Assembly: GCA_049510975.1 (NCBI GenBank)
Contig: JBEKYM010000016.1
Coordinates: forward strand, 561 to 64,560
DNA: 64,000 nucleotides
Direction: 5' to 3'
DNA from: Acidimicrobiales bacterium
GTDB lineage: Bacteria; Actinomycetota; Acidimicrobiia; Acidimicrobiales; Bog-793
The notes below the pieces were generated by a model, which saw only the letters and a program-made list of their open reading frames with translations, made no database searches and had not been told where the DNA came from. This document shows positions 9,058 through 19,060 of the stretch, in pieces. A program made the translations under genes and the position numbers. Position 1 is the stretch's first letter. Each line of letters begins with the position of its first letter.

Positions 9058-9902
9058 GCCCGCTCTCCGGTCTGCCGGAGGCGCGCTTCGATGGTTGTCG
9101 ACCGCGAGAGCTTGAGTTCAGCCCAACGATCTTCCGGCGCGCGCTCGAGGACGCCCAAGGGAAGGAGTCCGACCAGTTCGGCTCGGACCACCCGAGCCCG
9201 GTCGGCGACGAGGTCGTAAGCCTCGGTTGGACCGGCGTCGAACGGTGTGACCAGGTTGAACGAGACCTGGCTCGTGCTGTCACCGAGGTCGAGGCCGAGA
9301 ACCCGTAGCGACGCCGAACGGATCTCGGCGGCGATGGCCCGCGCACGTTCGACGCTCGCGTCGATCACGACGTTGTAGGCGACAAGGACGGGCCGAGCGC
9401 CGACGCAGCAGGCCCCGGCGCTGACGTGTGGCTCCCGAGGTCCGGCGGTCGGGTCGAGGTCACGAAATGCCCGCCGGCGCACCTCTGGCAGGGTGCGCTC
9501 GGGGCCGTAGGCAAAGCAGGGCACCCCGAGCGCCGCCAACCATGTCACGAAGCGGTCGCGGGCTGCGATCGCCTCGTCGAGCGCATGCGGGCCGACGGGC
9601 GGGACGAGCGGGCCGCCAGCCACGGGGGGGCCGAGGGGAACAAAGGGCACGACGTCGACGACCCCCAATCGGGGATGCACACCCTGGTGCGATCGGATGT
9701 CGAGCCGCTCGACGGCTACAGCGGCAAGTGCTCGCACGGCGGCCTCGAGGATCGCTGTATCGCCATCGACCATCGTGAAGACGGAACGGTTGTGTACGGC
9801 GTCGGAATGGACGTCGACACAAGATGGCCCGGCAGCCTGCTTCAGGGCATCGAGAACGGCGGCGTCACGACCTTCGCTGAGGTTGACGACACACTCGAGC
9901 AT
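9054..9902 (-). CDS. Glutamate formimidoyltransferase (formiminotransferase domain only)
   Basis: N-terminus MLECVVNLSEGRD matches the ECVPNFSEGR signature. HPRLGVVDVVPFVPL is also typical of the FTCD_N/FTCD domains. Confidence 0.8.
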   Translation of the reverse strand: MLECVVNLSEGRDAAVLDALKQAAGPSCVDVHSDAVHNRSVFTMVDGDTAILEAAVRALAAVAVERLDIRSHQGVHPRLGVVDVVPFVPLGPPVAGGPLVPPVGPHALDEAIAARDRFVTWLAALGVPCFAYGPERTLPEVRRRAFRDLDPTAGPREPHVSAGACCVGARPVLVAYNVVIDASVERARAIAAEIRSASLRVLGLDLGDSTSQVSFNLVTPFDAGPTEAYDLVADRARVVRAELVGLLPLGVLERAPEDRWAELKLSRSTTIEARLRQTGERA

Positions 9903-9984
9903 CGGGAGATGATCATGCCCGAGATCAGGGCCGATCGCCCCTACTGGCGCGGGCTCACCAGGGCGGGCCCGCCGGATCAGCGAC

Positions 9985-10227
9985 TCAGGTGGACGCCGAA
10001 GCAGCGAGCCGACGGCGACGGGCGATGCGCCTACGTTCCCGTTCGGACGTGCCGCCCCATACGCCGTGGTCGATGTGATTGGCCATGGCGTACTCGAGGC
10101 AGGGTGACTTCACCGGGCAGTCGGCGCAGATCCGTCGCGCAACCTCTACGCCAACCCCGTCACTGGGGAAGAAGAGGTCGGGCGGCTGATCCTTGCATTT
10201 GCCTCGCCCCATCCATGAAGTATCCAT
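9985..10227 (-). CDS. whiB: WhiB-family transcriptional regulator (second paralog)
   Basis: MDTSWMGRGKCKDQPPDLFFP...ICADCPVKSPCLEYA...HGVWGGTSERERRR. The 140-aa track ORF has a non-protein-like N-terminal 60 aa, so I start at the internal ATG 10227. No SD is present, so the transcript may be leaderless. Confidence 0.85.
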   Translation of the reverse strand: MDTSWMGRGKCKDQPPDLFFPSDGVGVEVARRICADCPVKSPCLEYAMANHIDHGVWGGTSERERRRIARRRRLAASAST

Positions 10228-10399
10228 CGGGACAATTGTTACCCGGTTGCAACATGAATGCACGCGCGCGAGGGGGTTTTCTTCCTTCAGATTTGCTGAG
10301 AGTTTCTCACCTCGAGGTCGTCTCGCAGGGTGCTCATCCACCCGTCGAGGAGGCCCCTCCCGCCCAGTGCACCGACCTCGCCCAGTACACTCCCGCTCG

Positions 10400-10699
10400 A
10401 TGACCATGAGCGCCGCCCCTGAACCCGAACAAGCCCCGGAACCGCCCCGCGGTCATGTCCGCATGGTGTACCTCGGCCCCGTGGCGCCTCACTGGGAGGT
10501 CGAGTCCGAATTCGGCGACCGGAGCCTGATCGAGGAGTTCCGCCAGCGTGCCCTCGCCCGGTTGGTTCTCCTGCCCCCGCACGACCCGCAGTTTCGGCGC
10601 AACCGGGAGCGCATCGTCCGCGACGCCGAGCGGGAGAACATCATCTTGGAGTGGGACCTCGGTGTGCCCGAGGAAGAAGAGGCAGTGCCCGCCAGCTGA
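10400..10699 (+). CDS. Hypothetical protein (about 99 aa)
   Basis: In-frame ATG at 10400 inside ORF 10193..10699. The region MVYLGPVAPHWEVESEFGDRSLIEEFRQRALARLVLLPPHDPQFRRNRERIVRDAERENIILEWDLG is protein-like with good third-position GC. No family recognised. Confidence 0.5.
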   Translation: MTMSAAPEPEQAPEPPRGHVRMVYLGPVAPHWEVESEFGDRSLIEEFRQRALARLVLLPPHDPQFRRNRERIVRDAERENIILEWDLGVPEEEEAVPAS

Positions 10700-10754
10700 T
10701 CGTGCGAAACCGGCAGGTGCGGCCCAACAGCGCCGCCTCAGCCCCGCCTCAGCC

Positions 10755-12008
10755 TCAGTCGTCGGTCGGGAGATCGAGGCGTGCGAGCCACAAGCCGGGC
10801 GCGTCCACCTCCGAGGAGGTGGGAAGGTTGGCAGCGTCCGCCCACATCTTGGCGAGCTGGAGCTCGCCCGACCGGTCGAGCACTCCCGTCACGAAACGGG
10901 CGCCCCGGTCGATCTGAGCCTGATCCAGCCTCAGGCCGAAGAGCGTCTCGGCGACCTTCTCCCCGTTGCCGCGGCTGACTCGACGCCGGCGCATGGCTTC
11001 TCCGATCGGTGTCGTATTGCCGATCAGGCGGCCGGCGATGATTCCCGTGACGTACTCGGCATAGCCCGACACGGCCGCCGTCACCGCATCGAGATCGGCT
11101 CGTACCTGGTCGATGGCGTCGCTTCCGGGGCTGGGTGGCAAAGCCGACGGGTCGCCGAGCATCTGTGCGAATGCCGCCATGTCGGTCGGGTCTGCCTGCT
11201 GGAGCAGCTGGCCGAGCGCATCGGCGTCAGGGCGGACGCGCTGGGCGTGCTCGATCACGAGGCTGGCGATCCGATCGGCGACGGCGGGCCGCGACAACGC
11301 CGTGTGGTACGCCATCTCGTGCACGCACAGCCACAGCCGTAGGTCGTCGAGCGGCAGGCTCCAGTCGTCTGCGGCGCTGGCGAGGTTGGCGCTGACGACG
11401 AAGAGCTCGTCACTTGGCGACGGCGCCAGCGGGACGTCGTATTGGCCAAGGGCGCGCTCGGAGAGGTGGCCGGCGACCGACCCAACCTGCCAAGCCGTCA
11501 TCGCCGGAAACATCGCAGCCGCCCACTGACCGAGCAGCGCCCCCATCTCGTCGTCCGCCTCGGCGCCGAGGTCGCCGAGGCCGGCGGGGAACTGCTCGGC
11601 GCCTTCGACCCCGCCGAGGTCGCCGCCGGCGCCTGCGCTCGCAGTGTCGTCCTCGTCGGGAGCCAGCACTGCCGCCAGCCGGTCGAGAACCGGGCGCCAC
11701 ACCTCGAGGATCCGCCGGGCCCACTCCACGCGGCCGACGGGGACGACGCGGACGGCTCCTCCCGAGGGCGAGATGGGCATGCCCGTCACTTCGGCCACGT
11801 GCAGCTCCGCGATGGTGCACAGCTCCTCGAACCGGATTCGCTCGATCGGGTCCGGGTTGGCATCCGGGGCGCCGCCTGATGCGATCTGTGCGGCCAGCTG
11901 ATGGGCGAGCTGCCACTGCAGTCCGGTGCCCGTCGGCATCATGCGGACGAGATCGCCGAGCATGCTCCGCAAGAAGTCACCGCCACCGAAGAACGGCGTA
12001 TCGCTCAC
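10755..12008 (-). CDS. DUF2342-type putative zinc-dependent metalloprotease/hydrolase family protein
   Basis: The overall sequence (MSDTPFFGGGDFLRSMLGDL...LQWQLAHQLA...CVHEMAYHTAL...) resembles the actinobacterial DUF2342/F420-associated hydrolase family. The motif here is HEMAYH, not the strict HExxH. Confidence 0.7.
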   Translation of the reverse strand: MSDTPFFGGGDFLRSMLGDLVRMMPTGTGLQWQLAHQLAAQIASGGAPDANPDPIERIRFEELCTIAELHVAEVTGMPISPSGGAVRVVPVGRVEWARRILEVWRPVLDRLAAVLAPDEDDTASAGAGGDLGGVEGAEQFPAGLGDLGAEADDEMGALLGQWAAAMFPAMTAWQVGSVAGHLSERALGQYDVPLAPSPSDELFVVSANLASAADDWSLPLDDLRLWLCVHEMAYHTALSRPAVADRIASLVIEHAQRVRPDADALGQLLQQADPTDMAAFAQMLGDPSALPPSPGSDAIDQVRADLDAVTAAVSGYAEYVTGIIAGRLIGNTTPIGEAMRRRRVSRGNGEKVAETLFGLRLDQAQIDRGARFVTGVLDRSGELQLAKMWADAANLPTSSEVDAPGLWLARLDLPTDD

Positions 12009-12035
12009 TTCGGAGATGCTACGGGGTCGGGGCGA

Positions 12036-13295
12036 TCAGGCGGCCGGCTGCAGCAGAGCATCGACCGTGCTCAAGGAACTGCGGCGGTCGATCGTGAGCG
12101 CGACCTTGGATCGCGGTGGCAGTACGTAGAGCGCTTGCTGCAATGCCTGCATGGAGGCCACCGGACGACCGTTGACGGCTTCGATGACATCTCCGGTGCG
12201 CAACCCGGCTCGAGCGGCGCTCGAGCCGCTTCCGACGGCCAGCACCTCGACGCCCGGCGGCAGGGGAGCTTTGCCGGTTGGGGGCAGGGTGTCTCCGGTC
12301 GTCTGAATGTCCGGCGTCGCTACGCCCTGTATCCCGAGCCAGCCGTGCACGACGCGACCGTGCTCGGCGATCTGCTGGCCGACTTGCTCTGCCAACAGCG
12401 CCGACACCTCGACGACGACGTTGCCCTTGTGCCCGGTCACGATGCCGACGAGCTGGGCCGAGCCGTTGACGAGAACGGTTCCGACGGGAGCGCCGCTGGC
12501 AGCGAGCGTCTCGATGTGCAGCGTGTTGAGCAACTGGTACGACCCGTAGGCGGTGGAGGCAGTGCTCGACGAACCGGCCGAGCCAAGGGTGAAGACGGAC
12601 TGGTCCTCGTTGCTGGGGGAGATGGCGGACCACTCGACAGCCAGCCAGTCGCCCGGCTGAATGGACATCTGGGTCGAGTACCTGAGTGGCTTGAACCCAT
12701 GACTGGCGTTCAGGCCGATACTGACGACAGCAAGCTGGGTCGCCTGATCGGTGCCGATGACCCGGCCCGCGTAGACGGCGCCGTCGGAGGTGTGCACGGC
12801 GATGGCCGAGCCGCCGAGGACGAGCGACAACGGCACGATGATCTTGCCGTCCGAGGACATGACGACACCGTCGCCGACGGCGCTTCGCCCACCGGGCTTG
12901 CTCACCTCGATCACGGCGAGGCCGTGATGAACCTTGCCGGCAATGCTGTCGAGCGCCGTCGTCATGGCGCTCGGGGCCGGCGTCAGCGTTGTGGCGACGG
13001 TGCTCGTGCGCGCCGGCGCCGGGGAGCGACCGAGCCAGACCGTGAGGTGCGTGCCGACGAGCACGACGCCCGTGGCGAGGACGGCGCCGACGACTCCGGC
13101 CGACCAGGCTCCCGCCCGCGTCGGTGTCCTCGACAGCCACTTCTCGCGGGCAGCGGAGACCTCTGCGGCCATCGACGAGGGTGGGTCGCCACGAAGTTCG
13201 GAGGGGTGACGCCAGATGCGATCCTCGGGTGGCAGGAGTCGACTCGGCTCGTCGTCGTCGAAGCTCTCGTCGAAATCGCGAAATGCTTCGGTCAC
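12036..13295 (-). CDS. Membrane-anchored trypsin-like (HtrA/S1C-like) PDZ protein, catalytic triad apparently incomplete
   Basis: TM helix AGVVGAVLATGVVLVG, chymotrypsin-fold-like core, C-terminal PDZ (GVEVLAVGSGSSAARAGLRTGDVIEAVNGRPV). Start placed at GTG 13295. An ATG at 13385 would overlap the divergent moaE region. Confidence 0.7.
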   Translation of the reverse strand: MTEAFRDFDESFDDDEPSRLLPPEDRIWRHPSELRGDPPSSMAAEVSAAREKWLSRTPTRAGAWSAGVVGAVLATGVVLVGTHLTVWLGRSPAPARTSTVATTLTPAPSAMTTALDSIAGKVHHGLAVIEVSKPGGRSAVGDGVVMSSDGKIIVPLSLVLGGSAIAVHTSDGAVYAGRVIGTDQATQLAVVSIGLNASHGFKPLRYSTQMSIQPGDWLAVEWSAISPSNEDQSVFTLGSAGSSSTASTAYGSYQLLNTLHIETLAASGAPVGTVLVNGSAQLVGIVTGHKGNVVVEVSALLAEQVGQQIAEHGRVVHGWLGIQGVATPDIQTTGDTLPPTGKAPLPPGVEVLAVGSGSSAARAGLRTGDVIEAVNGRPVASMQALQQALYVLPPRSKVALTIDRRSSLSTVDALLQPAA

Positions 13296-13391
13296 GGCCC
13301 ATGAGGATACAAAACAAGCACCTCCAGGTGTACGCGGTCCTTCCTCAACGCCGGCTGCACGTTGCTCGTGAGTCCTGCGTACCATGCATCA

Positions 13392-13874
13392 ATGGCCGCG
13401 TCAGCTCCCTTCGATCCCCCTCGGGGAGACGACTGGCTCGCCCTGAGCGACCGTCCCCTGCCGAGGGAACAGGCGCTGGAGTGGGTGGAAGGGGAGCGTT
13501 GGGGGGGTGTCGTGGGTTTCTTCGGGGTGGTGCGAGACCACGCCGAGGGCCGTAGCGACGTCGTGGCGGTGGACTACGAGGCCTATGACGAGCAGGTCAT
13601 GCCGCGCCTTGCCGAGCTGGCCGGCGCCGCCCGCGCCCGCGTTCCGGATCTGGGACGCATCGCCCTGTGGCACCGAACCGGACGGCTCGAAGTCGGGGAG
13701 ACCTCCGTCGCCGTCGTCGTCTCCGCGCCGCACCGTGCCGAGGCGTTCGAGGCGTGCCGTTTTCTCATTGACACCCTGAAGGAGACGCTGCCGGTCTGGA
13801 AGCTGGAGCATTGGGCGGGCGGCTCGGGTTGGAGCCCGAGCTCGCATCGCCTGGAGGACGTCGAAACCCCATGA
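13392..13874 (+). CDS. moaE: Molybdopterin synthase catalytic subunit MoaE
   Basis: GVVGFFGVVRDHAEGRSDVVAVDYEAYDEQVMP...SVAVVVSAPHRAEAFEACRFLIDTLKETLPVWK matches the MoaE fold signature. Start at the internal ATG 13392. Confidence 0.85.
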   Translation: MAASAPFDPPRGDDWLALSDRPLPREQALEWVEGERWGGVVGFFGVVRDHAEGRSDVVAVDYEAYDEQVMPRLAELAGAARARVPDLGRIALWHRTGRLEVGETSVAVVVSAPHRAEAFEACRFLIDTLKETLPVWKLEHWAGGSGWSPSSHRLEDVETP

Positions 13875-14896
13875 CCGGTTCGCTCGCCGTCGACCTCGGC
13901 ACGTCCCGCACGCTCGTCGTCGAGGCGACCAAGGGCCTCGTCGTCGACGAGCCCACACTTGCCGCCGTCGACATCCCGACGGGCCGGCTGCTCGCCTTCG
14001 GCATCGAGGCGCGGGCGATGGCGGGTCGGGCCGCCGGCGAGGTCGCCATCGTGCGGCCGGTACGTCAGGGCCAGCTCGTCGACCTCGAGCTCACCGACCA
14101 GATCGCCGCCGACGTGTTCGGACGGGCGCGGCGGGCCGGCGTGCATCGGCCCGAGGTCCTCTGTTGCGTGCCCGGTTCGGCCACGGGCGTGCAGCGCCGA
14201 GCGCTCGAGCGCTCCTTCAAGAAGGCAGGGGCACGGCGCATCGACTTCGTCGAGCATGCCGTCGCCTGCGGCATCGGCACGCGCCTGCACCTCGATGAGC
14301 CGGTGGCCTCGATGGTGATGGACGTGGGGGCCGGCACGAGCGACATGGCGGTGATGGCACTGGGTGGCGTCGTCACGGAGGCGTCGCTGCCGGTCGGCGG
14401 CAACGACTTCGACGAGGCGATCCGGCACCTGTGCCAGCGGTCGTTCGATCTCGTGCTCCCGCCGGGTGCGGCGGAGTCCATCAAGATCGCCATCGGGAGC
14501 GCCTGGCCGGCCGACGAGAAGAAAGTCGAGGTCCGTGGTCGTGACCTCGGCAGTGGCAGGCCCCGGACCGTCGTGCTCTCGCGCGACGAGGTTGCCACCG
14601 TGCTCTCCGAGCACGTCGAGGCGATCATGCGGGCGGCGGTGCGCTGCATCACCGAGTCGCCGCCGGACCTTGCCAACGATCTGCTGACCCGCGGCCTGTA
14701 CTTGGCAGGCGGGGGAGGGCTGCTGGACGGTTTCGCCCGGCGGTTGGCGACGGCGGCGGGCATTCCCATCCACCTCGTGAGCTCCCCGCAGACCGTTGCC
14801 GTGGACGGGGCAGCCCGGGCTCTGCGGGCAATGGGATCGAAAGGGTCGGTCCCTGTCAGCGGGGAGGCCCTTGCCCCGCTGGACTCATCCGACTGA
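13871..14896 (+). CDS. mreB: MreB/Mbl-like actin-family protein (orphan, no mreC/mreD nearby)
   Basis: LAVDLGTSRTLV (phosphate-1), VRPVRQGQLVD, CCVPGSATGVQRRALE, MVMDVGAGTSDMAV (phosphate-2), LYLAGGGGLLDGF (adenosine motif). The ATG 13871 overlaps the moaE stop (ATGA). Confidence 0.85.
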   Translation: MTGSLAVDLGTSRTLVVEATKGLVVDEPTLAAVDIPTGRLLAFGIEARAMAGRAAGEVAIVRPVRQGQLVDLELTDQIAADVFGRARRAGVHRPEVLCCVPGSATGVQRRALERSFKKAGARRIDFVEHAVACGIGTRLHLDEPVASMVMDVGAGTSDMAVMALGGVVTEASLPVGGNDFDEAIRHLCQRSFDLVLPPGAAESIKIAIGSAWPADEKKVEVRGRDLGSGRPRTVVLSRDEVATVLSEHVEAIMRAAVRCITESPPDLANDLLTRGLYLAGGGGLLDGFARRLATAAGIPIHLVSSPQTVAVDGAARALRAMGSKGSVPVSGEALAPLDSSD

Positions 14897-15517
14897 GGGC
14901 CGCAGCTGGTCCTCGGCAGCCTGACGCACCTGCCAGTCCCGGTCGGTGAGGGCTCGCTCCAGCGCCTCCTGCACGAGTGGACCCTCGAAGGGGGCCAGGG
15001 CGATGACGGCTCGACGCCGAACCGGAGGGCGGTCGCTCAGGGCGGCGAGCACCGACGGCAGGCCGGCCGGGTCCCCGATGGCTCCAAGGGCGGCCACGGC
15101 CGACTCCCGGCAGAGGGCGTCATCGTGGCCCGTGGCAATGCGGCACAGCTCCGGCACGGCTCGTTCGTCTCGAACCTCGCCGACGGCAAAGCAGGCCGCC
15201 TCCACCACGGTGGCGTCCTCGTCGTTCAACAACGGCAAGAAGTCCGCTCCCCCGAGTGAGCCGGCGAGCTCGGCGCTGTGCCGTCGCACGACCGGGGAGG
15301 GATCGCCCAGCGCCCGACCGATCACGTCGACGCCCGCCCGGCCCATCCGCACGAGGGCGCCCAAGGCCGTCGCCCGCACCCGGGGATCCGGGTCGTCGAG
15401 GAACGCGAGGGCGGCGTTCTCGTCACACTCGAAACCCGCCATGGCGGCGGCCCCACGCCGTCGCGCGCCGTCGAGCGGGTCGACTCCGTGCAAGGCTGAC
15501 CGGTCGTGAGTGCCCAT
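14885..15517 (-). CDS. HEAT-repeat (PBS-lyase HEAT-like) protein
   Basis: Repeated DPxxxVRxxAxxALG units (DDPDPRVRATALGALV, GDPSPVVRRHSAELAG, DEDATVVEAACFAVG, DRDWQVRQAAEDQL). The start may instead be the internal ATG at 15442, because 15517 overlaps the divergent protease ORF. Confidence 0.75.
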   Translation of the reverse strand: MGTHDRSALHGVDPLDGARRRGAAAMAGFECDENAALAFLDDPDPRVRATALGALVRMGRAGVDVIGRALGDPSPVVRRHSAELAGSLGGADFLPLLNDEDATVVEAACFAVGEVRDERAVPELCRIATGHDDALCRESAVAALGAIGDPAGLPSVLAALSDRPPVRRRAVIALAPFEGPLVQEALERALTDRDWQVRQAAEDQLRPSVG

Positions 15518-16705
15518 TTCGGCGAGAGCCTAGAGACATCCCTGCCGCGGCGGATGCGGCGCGGCCCGAAGGTCCTTGCGATCGCCGGCGTGGTGCTCGT
15601 CGTGGCGGTGATCGCGTCCGCATTCGTCAACTTGCCGTATTACGCCCTCACGCCCGGCACGGCTCAGAACGTCGGATTGCAGATCGGCGTGCCGGCGTCG
15701 CTCAATCAGAACCACCCAGGCTCCATCGACCTCGTGGACGTCGAGGTGACGCCGGTACGCGCCATCGACTGGATCTACTACGAGCTCGACTCGAACGCTT
15801 CGCTCATCTCCTCGGCCGCCATCCAGGGTCCCGAGACCAACTCCCAGTACGACACCGAGGGTGTCCTCGACATGTCCGACGCCCAGCAGGCAGCCACCGT
15901 CGTTGCCCTGACCCAGCTCGGCTATCACGTCACCGTGACGCCGAACGGGTCGCTCGTGTACGCCCTCGATCCGGGCTCGCCGGGCGAAAGCGCTCTCGAG
16001 GTCGGCGACGTGATCGTGGCGGTCGGCGCGAAGCCGGTCACGACACCGGTGGCGCTCTCGACCGCCCTCGCCCCGTACCAGCCGGGGCAGTCCGTCACGA
16101 TGACGTACCGCCCGTACCCGAAAGGCGTTTCCCGCAAGGTCACGTTCAACACCGGGGTTTGGCGCCTGCAGGGCACAGGTGCCAACCAGCAGCTCGCTTG
16201 CACGCCGACCAACGTGAAGTCATCGTGGCCCATCGCCAAGCTCGTCGAGGTGAAGGGTCAGACGTATCTGGGCTCCAAGCAGCACCCCGGGCACGCCACC
16301 GCCTGCATCGGCGTACTCGACGCCGAGCCGTCCTACGCGATCAGCAAGTTGCCGTTCCAGGTCAACCTCAACAGCGAGGGCATCGTCGGGCCGTCGGCCG
16401 GTTTGGCGTTCACGCTCGGTCTCATGCAGAAGCTGGACCGGGGCAATCTGACGAACGGGATGCAGGTTGCAGCCACCGGCACGATGTCGGTGACCGGCCA
16501 GATCGGGGCGATCGGCGGCATCCAGCAAAAGACGGTCGCCGTGCGCTCGGCCGGCGCCAGCATCTTCCTCGTCCCGCAGGCCAATTACGCCACGGCCGAG
16601 AAGTACGCCGGCTCGAAGCTGAAAGTCTTCGCCGTTTCGACCATCTCGCAGGCCCTGAAGGTGCTCGAGCGCTTCGGAGGCCGAATCGAGAAGCCGGCGG
16701 GATGA
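15506..16705 (+). CDS. PDZ domain-containing Lon-like (S16, YlbL/SdrC-type) serine protease, membrane anchored
   Basis: N-terminal TM (VLAIAGVVLVVAVIASAF), PDZ (LEVGDVIVAVGAKPV), Lon catalytic Ser motif GPSAGLAFTLGL and Lys region GGIQQKTVA. The start could be the ATG at 15554. Confidence 0.85.
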   Translation: MSAHFGESLETSLPRRMRRGPKVLAIAGVVLVVAVIASAFVNLPYYALTPGTAQNVGLQIGVPASLNQNHPGSIDLVDVEVTPVRAIDWIYYELDSNASLISSAAIQGPETNSQYDTEGVLDMSDAQQAATVVALTQLGYHVTVTPNGSLVYALDPGSPGESALEVGDVIVAVGAKPVTTPVALSTALAPYQPGQSVTMTYRPYPKGVSRKVTFNTGVWRLQGTGANQQLACTPTNVKSSWPIAKLVEVKGQTYLGSKQHPGHATACIGVLDAEPSYAISKLPFQVNLNSEGIVGPSAGLAFTLGLMQKLDRGNLTNGMQVAATGTMSVTGQIGAIGGIQQKTVAVRSAGASIFLVPQANYATAEKYAGSKLKVFAVSTISQALKVLERFGGRIEKPAG

Positions 16706-16775
16706 TCACGGTACGGGGGTTTTGCGGGGCGAGCGATGACTCCTGAGATCGGCGAACCGTCCTAGTCTGTCGGCC

Positions 16776-18992
<2,217 letters not shown>

Positions 18993-19060
18993 CGACCAGC
19001 GGTGAGACACTCGGGACGCTCCGGTGAGGGAGCGTGCGCGATCGTGAGTGAGGAGTTCTG

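Noticed and set aside
11414-13317. ORFs 11414..12097(+), 11901..13304(+), 12019..13317(-)
   Set aside because: These are shadow frames over the DUF2342 and PDZ-protease-like genes. The translations are Arg-rich with no domain signatures.
13583-14773. 396-aa ORF antisense to moaE/mreB
   Set aside because: The opposite strand carries unmistakable MoaE and MreB motifs, while this frame is Arg/Gly/Pro-rich.
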